From assembly GCA_963759265.1 (NCBI GenBank), contig CAVWYR010000002.1:311408-375407 (forward strand): a DNA stretch of 64,000 bases, in the 5' to 3' direction. Every line of letters starts with the position of its first letter. Within the stretch, counting starts at the first letter, position 1. The position numbers were made by a program, and so were the translations under genes. Below, piece by piece: positions 47,120-55,609 of the stretch. The notes under the pieces were generated by a model that saw nothing but the letters and a program-made list of their open reading frames with translations, was not told the DNA's origin and ran no database searches. The DNA is from an uncultured Solirubrobacteraceae bacterium (GTDB lineage: Bacteria > Actinomycetota > Thermoleophilia > Solirubrobacterales > Solirubrobacteraceae).

Positions 47120-49034
47120 GTGGACTCCGACACGGAGACAGCCGCCTACGCCGGGCGCACGGCCTGGGCGCGCAACCTGGCCGCGCCCGTTCGCGACTTC
47201 CTCGGCACAGAGACCGGCGGCGCGAGCGTGCTCCTGGCGGGGGCGATCCTCGCGCTGGTGTGGGCGAACTCGCCCTGGTCGCACTCATACGAGTCGCTGT
47301 GGAGCACGAAGCTCGCGATCACGATCGGTGACGCCGGCATCTCGGCGGACCTGCGCCACTGGGTCAACGAGGGGCTGATGACGTTCTTCTTCCTCGTCGT
47401 CGGCTTGGAGGCCAAGCGCGAGCTCGACCTCGGCGAGCTGCGCGATCGCCAGCGCCTTACGATCCCCGTGTTCGCGGCGCTCGGCGGCATGACCGTGCCG
47501 GTCTTGATCTACCTCGCCTTCAACGCCGGCGGCGCCGGCGCGCACGGCTGGGGGGCGGCGATGTCAACCGACACCGCCTTTGCCCTCGGCGCGTTGGCGC
47601 TGCTGACGCCGCGCTCGGCCACCAGGCTGCGCGTGTTCCTGCTGACGCTCGCCGTCGTCGACGACCTCTCGGCGCTGCTCGTGATCGCGACCGTGTACAC
47701 GACCCACGTCTCGGTGATCGCGCTCGCGGTCGCGGTGCTGCTGTTCGTGGCGCTGCTGGCGCTCCGCTACGCCCCCGAGTGGCGCCGCCCCGCCTCGGGC
47801 GTGGTCGCCGTCGGCCTGTGGGTGGCGATGTTCAAGTCGGGGATCGACCCCGTCATCTCAGGGCTCGCGGTCGGGCTGGCGACGAGCGCCTACCCTCCCT
47901 CGCGCGATGACCTCGAGCGCGCAACCGTGCTCGCACGCTCGTTTCGCGAGCAGCCGACGCCCGAGCTCGCTCGCTCAGCGCAGCAGGGGGTGATCTCCGC
48001 GATCTCACCAAACGAGCGCCTGCAGTACACCCTGCACCCCTGGACCAGCTACGTGATCGTGCCGCTGTTCGCGCTCGCAAACGCCGGCGTCCACGTCACG
48101 GGAGCACTGATCAGCGACGCGGCCAGCTCGCCGATCACGCTCGGCATCCTGATCGGCTATCTGATCGGCAAGCCCGTCGGCATCGCCAGCGCGTCATGGA
48201 TCGCCTCGCGCCGGGCCTTCCACGGGCCGCGCTCGCCGCTGAGCCCGCCGCTGCTCGCAGCCGGCGGTGCGTTCGCCGGGATCGGCTTCACCGTGTCACT
48301 GCTGATCTCGAGCCTCGCCTTCAGCGGGACAGCATCTCGCCGAGGCGAAGCTCGGCGCGCTGCTGACGGTGCCGTTGGCGCCGCTGCTCGGGTGGATCGT
48401 GCTGCGCGTGGTCAAACGTCTGCCCGCGAGCGTGCGGGCGCGCCAGCTCGCCGGCACGGCCGAGGACATCATCGACCTTGCCGTCGAGGTCGATCCCGAG
48501 CGCGACCACATCCGCGGACCCGAAGACGCGCTCGTCACGCTCGTCGAGTACGGCGACTTCGAGTGCCCCTACTGCGGGCAGGCCGAGCAGGTCATCCGTG
48601 AGCTGCTGACGTCCTTCGACGACGACCTTCGCTACGTGTGGCGCCACCTCCCGCTCAACGACGTGCATCCGACCGCGCAGCTGGCGGCCGAGGCATCTGA
48701 GGCGGCCGGCGCGCAGGGCGAGTTCTGGGAGGCGCACGACAGCCTGCTCGCGCACCAGGGCGATCTCCGTCCAGGCCATCTCGCCGACTACGCCAACGAG
48801 CTCGGCCTCGACTCCGAGCGCCTGCTCGACGAGGTGCGCCGCCGCGTGTATGCGCCGCGCGTCAGCGAGGACGTCGCCAGCGCGGACGAGAGCGGCGTCT
48901 CGGGAACGCCGAGCTTCTTCGTCAACGGGCGCCGACACTACGGCGCCTACGACATCGCGACGCTCACCGACACCGTCACCGCCGCGCGCCGACGTGCACA
49001 GGTGGCGTCTGCGAGCTCCCGCGTGCCGGGGTAG
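47120..49034 (+). pseudogene. nhaA: Na+/H+ antiporter NhaA fused to a C-terminal DsbA-like thioredoxin domain; +1 frameshift near 48326-48332
   Basis: NhaA motifs VNEGLMTFFFLVVGLEAKRE and MSTDTAFALG. Track ORF 46934..48601 ends sensibly at ...SLAFSG. The frame of ORF 48369..49034 continues [12 protein letters not shown]...[12 protein letters not shown] (CxxC) ...GTPSFFVNG. The span is 1915 nt, i.e. 3n+1. Confidence 0.85.
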
Positions 49035-49134
49035 TCGCCGCAGCGCGGTTACGCGTGATGGCCCACATATGATGTTCATCCTGGCCGGCTGACTCGGCGA
49101 CTGACACGGAAGGCAACGGCGGCCAGGCTCCTCC

Positions 49135-49572
49135 ATGCCCAACCGCCAGCGGAATGACCTCGCAAGCGACCGCAGCGCCCAGGCGCCGGCGTATCTGAGC
49201 GAGTCCGCTGCAGCGGTGCCGGCCTCGGTCGCGTGGGCACGCGGCGTGCTCACGGCGTTCGCGGCCGCCGCCGGGGTGCACGGCGCGCGCCTGGAAGATG
49301 TGCGCCTCGCGGTCTCCGAGGCCGTCACGAACGCGGTCGCCTACGCCTACGAGGACTCGCCCGGCGAGGTTCATCTGATCGCAGCCGCGCACGCGGGAGA
49401 GCTGTGGATCGTCGTCGCCGACGACGGCAGCGGCATGCGCACGAGGCCCAGCGAGACCCGCGGGCTCGGACTCGGCCTGGGCCTGATGGCGCGGCTGAGC
49501 GATGCCTTGACGATCCTCACGCGCTCGAGCGGAGGTGTCGAGGTGAGGATGCGCTTCGATCTGAGCGCGTAG
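49135..49572 (+). CDS. Anti-sigma regulatory factor, serine/threonine kinase (HATPase_c_2), orphan
   Basis: 145 aa with N-box SEAVTNAVAYAY and G-box DDGSGM...GLGLGL. Confidence 0.75.
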   Translation: MPNRQRNDLASDRSAQAPAYLSESAAAVPASVAWARGVLTAFAAAAGVHGARLEDVRLAVSEAVTNAVAYAYEDSPGEVHLIAAAHAGELWIVVADDGSGMRTRPSETRGLGLGLGLMARLSDALTILTRSSGGVEVRMRFDLSA

Positions 49573-49584
49573 CCGCCGGCGCGA

Positions 49585-50490
49585 TCAGAGAATGCTCGCG
49601 AGCGCCTGCTCGCCCACCGCCGCCGCGCTCACGAGCAGCACCAGCACAGCGAGCACGCGGCTTGCGCCCCTTGCCGGCGCCGGCAAGGACCGTCGCAGGG
49701 CTACCCGCTCGACCGAGTAGCCGAGCAGACGCTGGAAGTACTGCTGCCCGGGCGCCATCAGAAAAGCATCGTGAGAGTTCGTCAGCAGCTGGCGACAGCC
49801 ACGGTCACAGAGCTGCTCGATGATGGCCGCGTGCAGAAGCCAGCGCACGTCGGTTTCGCTTGTCACCATCGCGTGCATCAGCGCGCACTCCGCGTCGACC
49901 GTCAGCCAAGCCTCGCCGACGAGACTGCCCGCCCGGTTCGTCGCCTGCCAGCGCTCGACCGGTGCCGGCTGATCACACGAGTGTCCATTCGACAGTCCCT
50001 CGCGGACGATGGTGTGGGTACATTCGACGCTGCGGGCCCGTGCCCGGGCGACGTTCGTGCGCAGGGCTTGGCGCCTGCGACCGCGCAGATAGCTCGCGTA
50101 GTCCTCGGGCAGGTGCAGGACCCCCTGCGCGAGGCGAAATCGCGGCAGCCCCCAGCGCCGCAGCCGCAGGTGCGCGCGAATGCGCTGACCGGACGGGCAC
50201 TCGCTCACGTTGAGCCGCGTGCGGGGCGCGAGGCAGAGCAACCCGATCAGGTACGGAAGCGTGCACACGCCCAGCGTGAAGCTCGCGGCCGAGGAGTCGC
50301 CGGCGTAGCGCAGCGCGCGGGCGCAGTAACTCGCCTTCGTAAGCAACGCACTGCCATAGCCGGTCGCCCGCCGCCGGCGCGACCCGCCGTCCCAACCGGC
50401 TCGCGCGCCGCGTGTTCGAGCGCATGCGCGTCGCGCCGAGCGCCAAGGAACGACTCGTGCCAGCGTAAGCTTCGCGGCTCGCGGGGCCAT
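49585..50490 (-). CDS. Hypothetical protein with C-terminal TM segment (possibly acyltransferase-fold)
   Basis: 301-aa ORF with consistent GC3. I can name no motif confidently. The C-terminal segment VLAVLVLLVSAAAVG is hydrophobic. Start uncertain. Confidence 0.45.
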   Translation of the reverse strand: MAPRAAKLTLARVVPWRSARRACARTRGARAGWDGGSRRRRATGYGSALLTKASYCARALRYAGDSSAASFTLGVCTLPYLIGLLCLAPRTRLNVSECPSGQRIRAHLRLRRWGLPRFRLAQGVLHLPEDYASYLRGRRRQALRTNVARARARSVECTHTIVREGLSNGHSCDQPAPVERWQATNRAGSLVGEAWLTVDAECALMHAMVTSETDVRWLLHAAIIEQLCDRGCRQLLTNSHDAFLMAPGQQYFQRLLGYSVERVALRRSLPAPARGASRVLAVLVLLVSAAAVGEQALASIL

Positions 50491-50537
50491 CCTCCACGTA
50501 TCGACGCGATCTCAGCGCAGCTTGAAGGCCGCTCAAC

Positions 50538-50918
50538 CTAAACGTTGGGAAGCCCCCACGGCGCGTCGATCGCCACCCGCCAGCAGCCGTCCGCACCTTT
50601 CGAGTACACGACGAGCGATTGGCTGCGAGCGCTGTAAGGGCTGCCGTCGGCGCCGGTACCGCTCATCGTCAGGGTGCCCAACACGATCGCTACGTCAGCC
50701 GTGGCGAAGACCTTCGCGACGTCGATCTCCACGTCCGCGCCGCTGCCGACGAGCACGCGCAGTGCCGCGCCGATCGCCTCCTTGCCGCGCAGAACCTGCC
50801 CGTCGGCCTGCACGATCGCCGCGTCCTCAGTCCACAGCGCAAGCGCCGCCGGTACGTCGCGAGCATCGATCGCGGCCCCGAAAGCGGCCGCGAGAGCCTC
50901 GGGTGAGCTGGGCGGCAT
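50538..50918 (-). CDS. SnoaL-like / DUF4440 (NTF2 superfamily) protein
   Basis: 126 aa, ...FGAAIDARDVPAALALWTEDAAIV...GKEAI...WRVAID.... Confidence 0.7.
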   Translation of the reverse strand: MPPSSPEALAAAFGAAIDARDVPAALALWTEDAAIVQADGQVLRGKEAIGAALRVLVGSGADVEIDVAKVFATADVAIVLGTLTMSGTGADGSPYSARSQSLVVYSKGADGCWRVAIDAPWGLPNV

Positions 50919-50931
50919 CGGCGGACAATAA

Positions 50932-52236
50932 TCAGCCTCGCGCGATCAAGCCCGGCGGGCCGCGTTCCGCTCGAGGGCTCCGAGCCCGAACCGGCGCGCC
51001 GATCACCTGCTCGACCGGGCCTGGCCGGGCGATGTGGAAGCCCTGGACATGGTCCACACCGAGCTGGCGCAAGACATCGAGCGTCGGCTCGTCCTCGACC
51101 CCCTCCGCGATCGTCTGCTGTCCGAATCCGCGGGCGAGGCTTACCATTGCTTCGATCACGTGGCAGCTCGCGGCGCTCTCTGAGACGTCGTTGACGAATT
51201 CGCGATCGATCTTCAGGTAGCTGATCGGCAGGAGCTTCAGATAGGTGAACGCGCCGTAGCCCGTGCCGAAGTCATCGAGCGCGAACGTGCATCCGAGCGA
51301 CGCCATGCGCTTCGCGAACGCGCAGGCCAGGCGCGGGTGTTCCGTCAGCGCGGTCTCGGTGATCTCGAACGTGACCAGCCTCGGATCGGCGCCCGCGTCC
51401 GCGAGCGTGCGCTCGATCAGCACCGCCAGCTCAGGATCGCCCAGCGAGTGCGCAGAGAGGTTCACGTTGACGCTGTGGCCGCGCGCGAGCAGACGAGCGG
51501 CCCGCCCGAGAACCCAGCGGTCGAGCTCTCTGACCAGGCCGAAGCGCTCGGCCGCGGGCAGGAACCTGCCAGGCATGACGAGCTGGGCGGCGCGATCACG
51601 GAGGCGCAGAAGCAGCTCGTGAGCGACCACGTCGCGGCTCGCCAACGACACGATCGGCTGTGCCGCGAGCACCAAGCGCTCCTCGTCCATCGCGTCGCGC
51701 AAACGCCCGATCCAAGTCAGTTCCTCGAGCTCGAGCGCACCGTGCTCGCTCGCCGCCTTACGCTCGCTGATGTCCTGGAAGACGACCACGTGTCCGCTCG
51801 GCAGCCTGCGATCGCAGCGCAGCGGCGCGACGCTGAGCGCGACCGCCAGCTTGCTCCCGTCCTTGCGCGTGAACAGCTCGTCCTCAAAGCGCACAGGCTC
51901 GCTGCTCGCGTCGACCGCCGTACGCCAGCAAGCCGCCAGCGGGCATGACCGCGGATCCTCGCGTCGACAGCCCAGGCAGTCGCACAGCGTCCTGCCGGCC
52001 AGAGCCTCGCGCTCGTATCCGAGCATCTGTTCCGCCGCGCCGTTGGCGGTCACGATCAGACCGTCCGCGTCGAGGGTCAGCAGCCCCTCCTCCATGCTCG
52101 CGGCCAAGCCGGCGAGGAACGTCTCGACCTCGGTCCAGGTCACGATCCGCCGGGCGCGATCGCTCGCAGTGATCGCGTCGCGCGCAGAGTCCGCGATCCG
52201 CAGCGCACAGTCGGTCGTGCGCCTGTTAGCCGCCAT
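50932..52236 (-). CDS. PAS-EAL cyclic-di-GMP phosphodiesterase
   Basis: PAS module (LLTLDADGLIVTANGAAEQMLGY) followed by an EAL domain (FEITETAL, DDFGTGY, KIDREF, EGVE). 434 aa. Confidence 0.85.
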   Translation of the reverse strand: MAANRRTTDCALRIADSARDAITASDRARRIVTWTEVETFLAGLAASMEEGLLTLDADGLIVTANGAAEQMLGYEREALAGRTLCDCLGCRREDPRSCPLAACWRTAVDASSEPVRFEDELFTRKDGSKLAVALSVAPLRCDRRLPSGHVVVFQDISERKAASEHGALELEELTWIGRLRDAMDEERLVLAAQPIVSLASRDVVAHELLLRLRDRAAQLVMPGRFLPAAERFGLVRELDRWVLGRAARLLARGHSVNVNLSAHSLGDPELAVLIERTLADAGADPRLVTFEITETALTEHPRLACAFAKRMASLGCTFALDDFGTGYGAFTYLKLLPISYLKIDREFVNDVSESAASCHVIEAMVSLARGFGQQTIAEGVEDEPTLDVLRQLGVDHVQGFHIARPGPVEQVIGAPVRARSPRAERGPPGLIARG

Positions 52237-52302
52237 GGGTTATGTGTCGTAACGAATCCCCGGCACCTCAATAGGCCAGGCGGCCGATCTTCGGCGGGAT
52301 CG

Positions 52303-53100
52303 CTATTCGATCAGTCCGGCGCGGAGAGCCTGCGCAACGGCCGCCGTGCGGTCGCGTACTCCGATCTTCCGATAGATGTGTTCGAGATGGGTCTTGACCG
52401 TGGCCGGGCTGATCGTCAGCTCGGCGGCGATCCCGCGGACCGACAGCCCCTGCGCGGCGAGCGTCAAGACTTCGACCTCGCGCAAGCTCAGGGGCGTGAG
52501 GCTGAGCTCGCCGCGTCGGCGCGCGAAGAACACCCCGAAACCTCGCCCTGCATACCCGAGCACACGCAGGAGATGGCTGCTCAGCTGGGCCATCGCCGTC
52601 GAGTACAGCTCCACGACAGCGAGCACCTCGCCGCCATTCGAGCATGGGATCGCGATCGTCGGCTTCAGGCCCTGCGACGCCTCATCACAGCCGGAGAGGC
52701 GCTCGCCGCGCCCGGGGGTGGGCCGGTCGAGCACCTCGCCGAGCTCCCACGCGCAGCCGGCGAGGCCCAGGCCCGACGGGACACGCCGTCTGCCCAGCGA
52801 GCGCTCGAGCGCCTGGCGGTCGACGCTCGGCATGCTCCAGGTCGTTCTCGTGATGAGAAGATCGCCCTTCGGCAACCACAGCGCGCCGGCCATCTGCCCG
52901 AGGGCGCCGGCGAGCTCGCGCAGCAGCAGCTCGCTCCCCTGCGCAAAGCACTCCCACGCCGTCAGCGTCTGCAAGACCGCCGTCATCACCGCCAGCTCGC
53001 GCTCGGCGTCGTCCAGAGCAGCCTGCGGGCGCGCATCGTCGGTTGCGCACGAGCCGACGAGCTCAGAGGCGTACGCATGTGTCTCTCGGCCACTAGACAT
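52303..53100 (-). CDS. LuxR-family transcriptional regulator with N-terminal GAF-like sensor domain
   Basis: C-terminal LSLREVEVLTLAAQGLSVRGIAAELTISPATVKTHLEHIYRKIGV. 265 aa. Confidence 0.82.
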   Translation of the reverse strand: MSSGRETHAYASELVGSCATDDARPQAALDDAERELAVMTAVLQTLTAWECFAQGSELLLRELAGALGQMAGALWLPKGDLLITRTTWSMPSVDRQALERSLGRRRVPSGLGLAGCAWELGEVLDRPTPGRGERLSGCDEASQGLKPTIAIPCSNGGEVLAVVELYSTAMAQLSSHLLRVLGYAGRGFGVFFARRRGELSLTPLSLREVEVLTLAAQGLSVRGIAAELTISPATVKTHLEHIYRKIGVRDRTAAVAQALRAGLIE

Positions 53101-53151
53101 ACAGGTCTGTCTAGTTGACTATACATACCTGTCTGGCTACCCTTGCACGGC

Positions 53152-53772
53152 ATGTCAACCAGCCACGGAGGTGGGGTCTCCAGGGGGGACCTCCACGGCC
53201 ACGATCCGCTGCGGGTGCACGAGGCTCGCGAGCGCATCCTCGACGCCGCATATGCGCTGTTCTCGCGCGACGGCATCCACGCGGTCGGCATCGACAGGAT
53301 CATCGCCGAGGCAGACGTCGCGAAGGCGACGCTCTACCACCACTTCTCCTCCAAGGAGGCGTTGGTGATCGCGTTCCTCGAGCTGCGCGAGCGCCGCTGG
53401 ACCCGCGGCTGGCTCGAACGCGAAGCCGAGCAGCGCGCGACGAGCCCTCGGGGGCGGGGGCTCGCGGTCTTCGACGCGCTCGACGAGTGGTTTCATCGGC
53501 CGGACTTCGAGGGCTGCTCGTTCATCAACACGCTGCTGGAGATCAACGACCCACACAACCCGGTCCACGAAGCGACGATTCGCCACATGGACGTCGTCCG
53601 AGGCATACTCCAGCGCTACGCCGAACACGCGCACGCGAGCGATCCGGAGCAGACCGGCTACCAGCTGCAAATCCTGCTGATGGGCGCGATCGTGTCGGCG
53701 AGCCGCGGCGATGTGGACGCTGCGCGCAGGGCGCGCCCACCGGCCGCGATGCTGCTCGCGCAATCAGCTTGA
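53152..53772 (+). CDS. TetR/AcrR family transcriptional regulator
   Basis: RILDAAYALFSRDGIHAVGIDRIIAEADVAKATLYHHFSSKEALV. ATG 53152; the track start TTG 53143 is possible. Confidence 0.85.
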   Translation: MSTSHGGGVSRGDLHGHDPLRVHEARERILDAAYALFSRDGIHAVGIDRIIAEADVAKATLYHHFSSKEALVIAFLELRERRWTRGWLEREAEQRATSPRGRGLAVFDALDEWFHRPDFEGCSFINTLLEINDPHNPVHEATIRHMDVVRGILQRYAEHAHASDPEQTGYQLQILLMGAIVSASRGDVDAARRARPPAAMLLAQSA

Positions 53773-54588
53773 CGTGAGCTTGTGCGCCACGACAAACGTG
53801 CGCGTGAAGCCGAACACGGTCCCGTAGGGCCGCGGCGGGTACGCCGCGCGCAACAGCTCGCCGTATTGCGAGCTGAACTCGCCGACCTGGTCTTCGGGAA
53901 GTGCGGCGAGCACGGGGCGCAAGCCGGTGCCGCGCATCCATTCGAGCACCGGGTCCTGCCCGTGGAGAACGTGGAGGTACTGCGTCTGCCAGACGTCGAC
54001 ATGCATCCCGAGGGGGGCGAGCAGCGCCAGATACTCGGCGGGCTCAGCAACCGGGGTCGCGCCCCGCAGCGCGCCGCCCAGGAGCTCGCGCCATCGCGAT
54101 GACCCGGCCAGATCGTGCATCAGCCGATGCGACGGCGCGTCGAAGTTGGCCGGTACCTGGAAAGCGAGCCACCCGCCCGCGTTGAGCTGCGCCGCCCACC
54201 TGCCGAGGAGCTCGAGATGGCCAGGAACCCATTGCAGCAGCGCGTTGCTGATCAACACATCCGTGCCGGTCGCGTCGAGCTGCCGTGCGTCGGCGAGCGC
54301 GAACGTGACTCCGCGCGCAGACGGCGCGCGCTCGATCATCTCCGGCGAGGAGTCGACGCCGCGAACGAGCGCTCGCGGCCAGCGCCCGGCGAGCGAGATC
54401 GTGAGCTCGCCGGAGCCACAGCCGACGTCGATGATCGTGGCGGGTGACTCCGCCTGCACCTGCGCGAGCAGGTCAAAGAACGGGCGGCTGCGTTGATCGG
54501 AGTAGCGCTGGTACTGAGCAGGGTCCCATCGCATCGCGCTCGCAGCAGCGGCTTGGGCGTCCGCGGTCGTGGGCGCGGGCGAGCTCAT
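53764..54588 (-). CDS. tam: Trans-aconitate 2-methyltransferase
   Basis: WDPAQYQRYSDQRSRPFFDLL, IIDVGCGSGE, ISNALLQWVP and VDVWQTQY are colinear with E. coli Tam. ATGA overlap with the upstream OMT stop. The track ORF to 54909 is over-extended. Confidence 0.85.
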   Translation of the reverse strand: MSSPAPTTADAQAAAASAMRWDPAQYQRYSDQRSRPFFDLLAQVQAESPATIIDVGCGSGELTISLAGRWPRALVRGVDSSPEMIERAPSARGVTFALADARQLDATGTDVLISNALLQWVPGHLELLGRWAAQLNAGGWLAFQVPANFDAPSHRLMHDLAGSSRWRELLGGALRGATPVAEPAEYLALLAPLGMHVDVWQTQYLHVLHGQDPVLEWMRGTGLRPVLAALPEDQVGEFSSQYGELLRAAYPPRPYGTVFGFTRTFVVAHKLTSS

Positions 54589-55601
54589 CTCGCGCTCTCC
54601 GTCGCGAGATACAGCAACCGCCACGGCGAGCGCGCGTTGCGGTGCACCTGCACTCGAGCAAAGCCGGCCTGCCCGAGCCAGTCGACGAGCTCGCCGCGCG
54701 TGTAGTTGCGGGTCGCGCTGGAGACGAAGTAGACGAGACCGCTCATCGCCCCGTTGAGGCTCACCGGCTGGCCCGGCTCCGTTCGCTCCGTCTCCCCCAC
54801 CACGAGCCAGCCTCCAGGGCGCAGCGCGCGGCGCGCGCGTCCCAACAGGTCCAGCACCGCCTGCGGCGAGAGATGGTGCAGGAGGTTGAACATCGATACG
54901 ACATCCCAATCACTGCCCAGGTCGCTCTCGAGCGCGTCTCCCTCGAGGAAGCTCACCTGCCCGGCGAAGCCCTCCTCGGCGACGATGCTTCGTCCCACCC
55001 TGACGCTCGCCGGGAGATCCAACACCGTCGCCCGCAGATGCTCGTGTCCTGCGCACATCGCCATCGCGAATCCGCCATGGCCGCCGGCGATGTCCAGCAG
55101 CGTTCGCGGGTGTGCCGCAGGGACGCGCTGCACGTTCTCCTCGTGCTCGTCGCGGGCCAGCTCGAACAGCCCGCGGATGTAGGAGTCCCAGAAGGGGTCC
55201 TCGAGCGCGCGGGCGTGCGATTCGGGCGTGTGCTCGCCGCGCAGAGCCTCATCGAGGTGACCCAGCATCTCCCACGCGTGGGCGTTGTAGTCACCGACGA
55301 AGCTCGCGACCGATGCGCTCTCGCCGGGGACGAGCTGCGCCCCGGCAGCGGTGGGACGATGCACCCCGGAGCCGTCGACGGCGAGGTAGCCAAGCGTTCT
55401 CAGCGCCGTCAGCAGCGCCTCGGTTCCTGACGCGGACAGCCCCAGCCGGCTCGCGAGTTCACCCGGCGTGCACGGCTCCTCGGCGAGCGAGGCGACGACG
55501 CCCAGGCGCGTGGCGGAGATGATCGCCCGCGCGCCGGCCATCGCCACGAAGGTGTCATCGAAGGCGTTCGGTTGCAGAGCGTCGCCCACCACCGCGATCA
55601 T
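54585..55601 (-). CDS. O-methyltransferase (winged-helix dimerisation domain plus Methyltransf_2)
   Basis: 338 aa from ATG 55601, with LLDIAGGHGGFA (SAM motif I). The N-terminal part ...ATRLGVVASLAEEPCTPGELASRLGLSASGTEALLTALRTLGYL is typical of small-molecule OMTs. Confidence 0.8.
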   Translation of the reverse strand: MIAVVGDALQPNAFDDTFVAMAGARAIISATRLGVVASLAEEPCTPGELASRLGLSASGTEALLTALRTLGYLAVDGSGVHRPTAAGAQLVPGESASVASFVGDYNAHAWEMLGHLDEALRGEHTPESHARALEDPFWDSYIRGLFELARDEHEENVQRVPAAHPRTLLDIAGGHGGFAMAMCAGHEHLRATVLDLPASVRVGRSIVAEEGFAGQVSFLEGDALESDLGSDWDVVSMFNLLHHLSPQAVLDLLGRARRALRPGGWLVVGETERTEPGQPVSLNGAMSGLVYFVSSATRNYTRGELVDWLGQAGFARVQVHRNARSPWRLLYLATESAR

Positions 55602-55609
55602 CGCACCCT

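Noticed and set aside
53101-53151. A TetR/LuxR operator in the divergent spacer (ACAGGTCTGTCTAGTTGACTATACATACCTGTCTGG, with repeated CTGTCT).
   Set aside because: Only short direct repeats (CTGTCTAG and CTGTCTGG) and no clear dyad are present. This is too weak to call as a feature without binding data.
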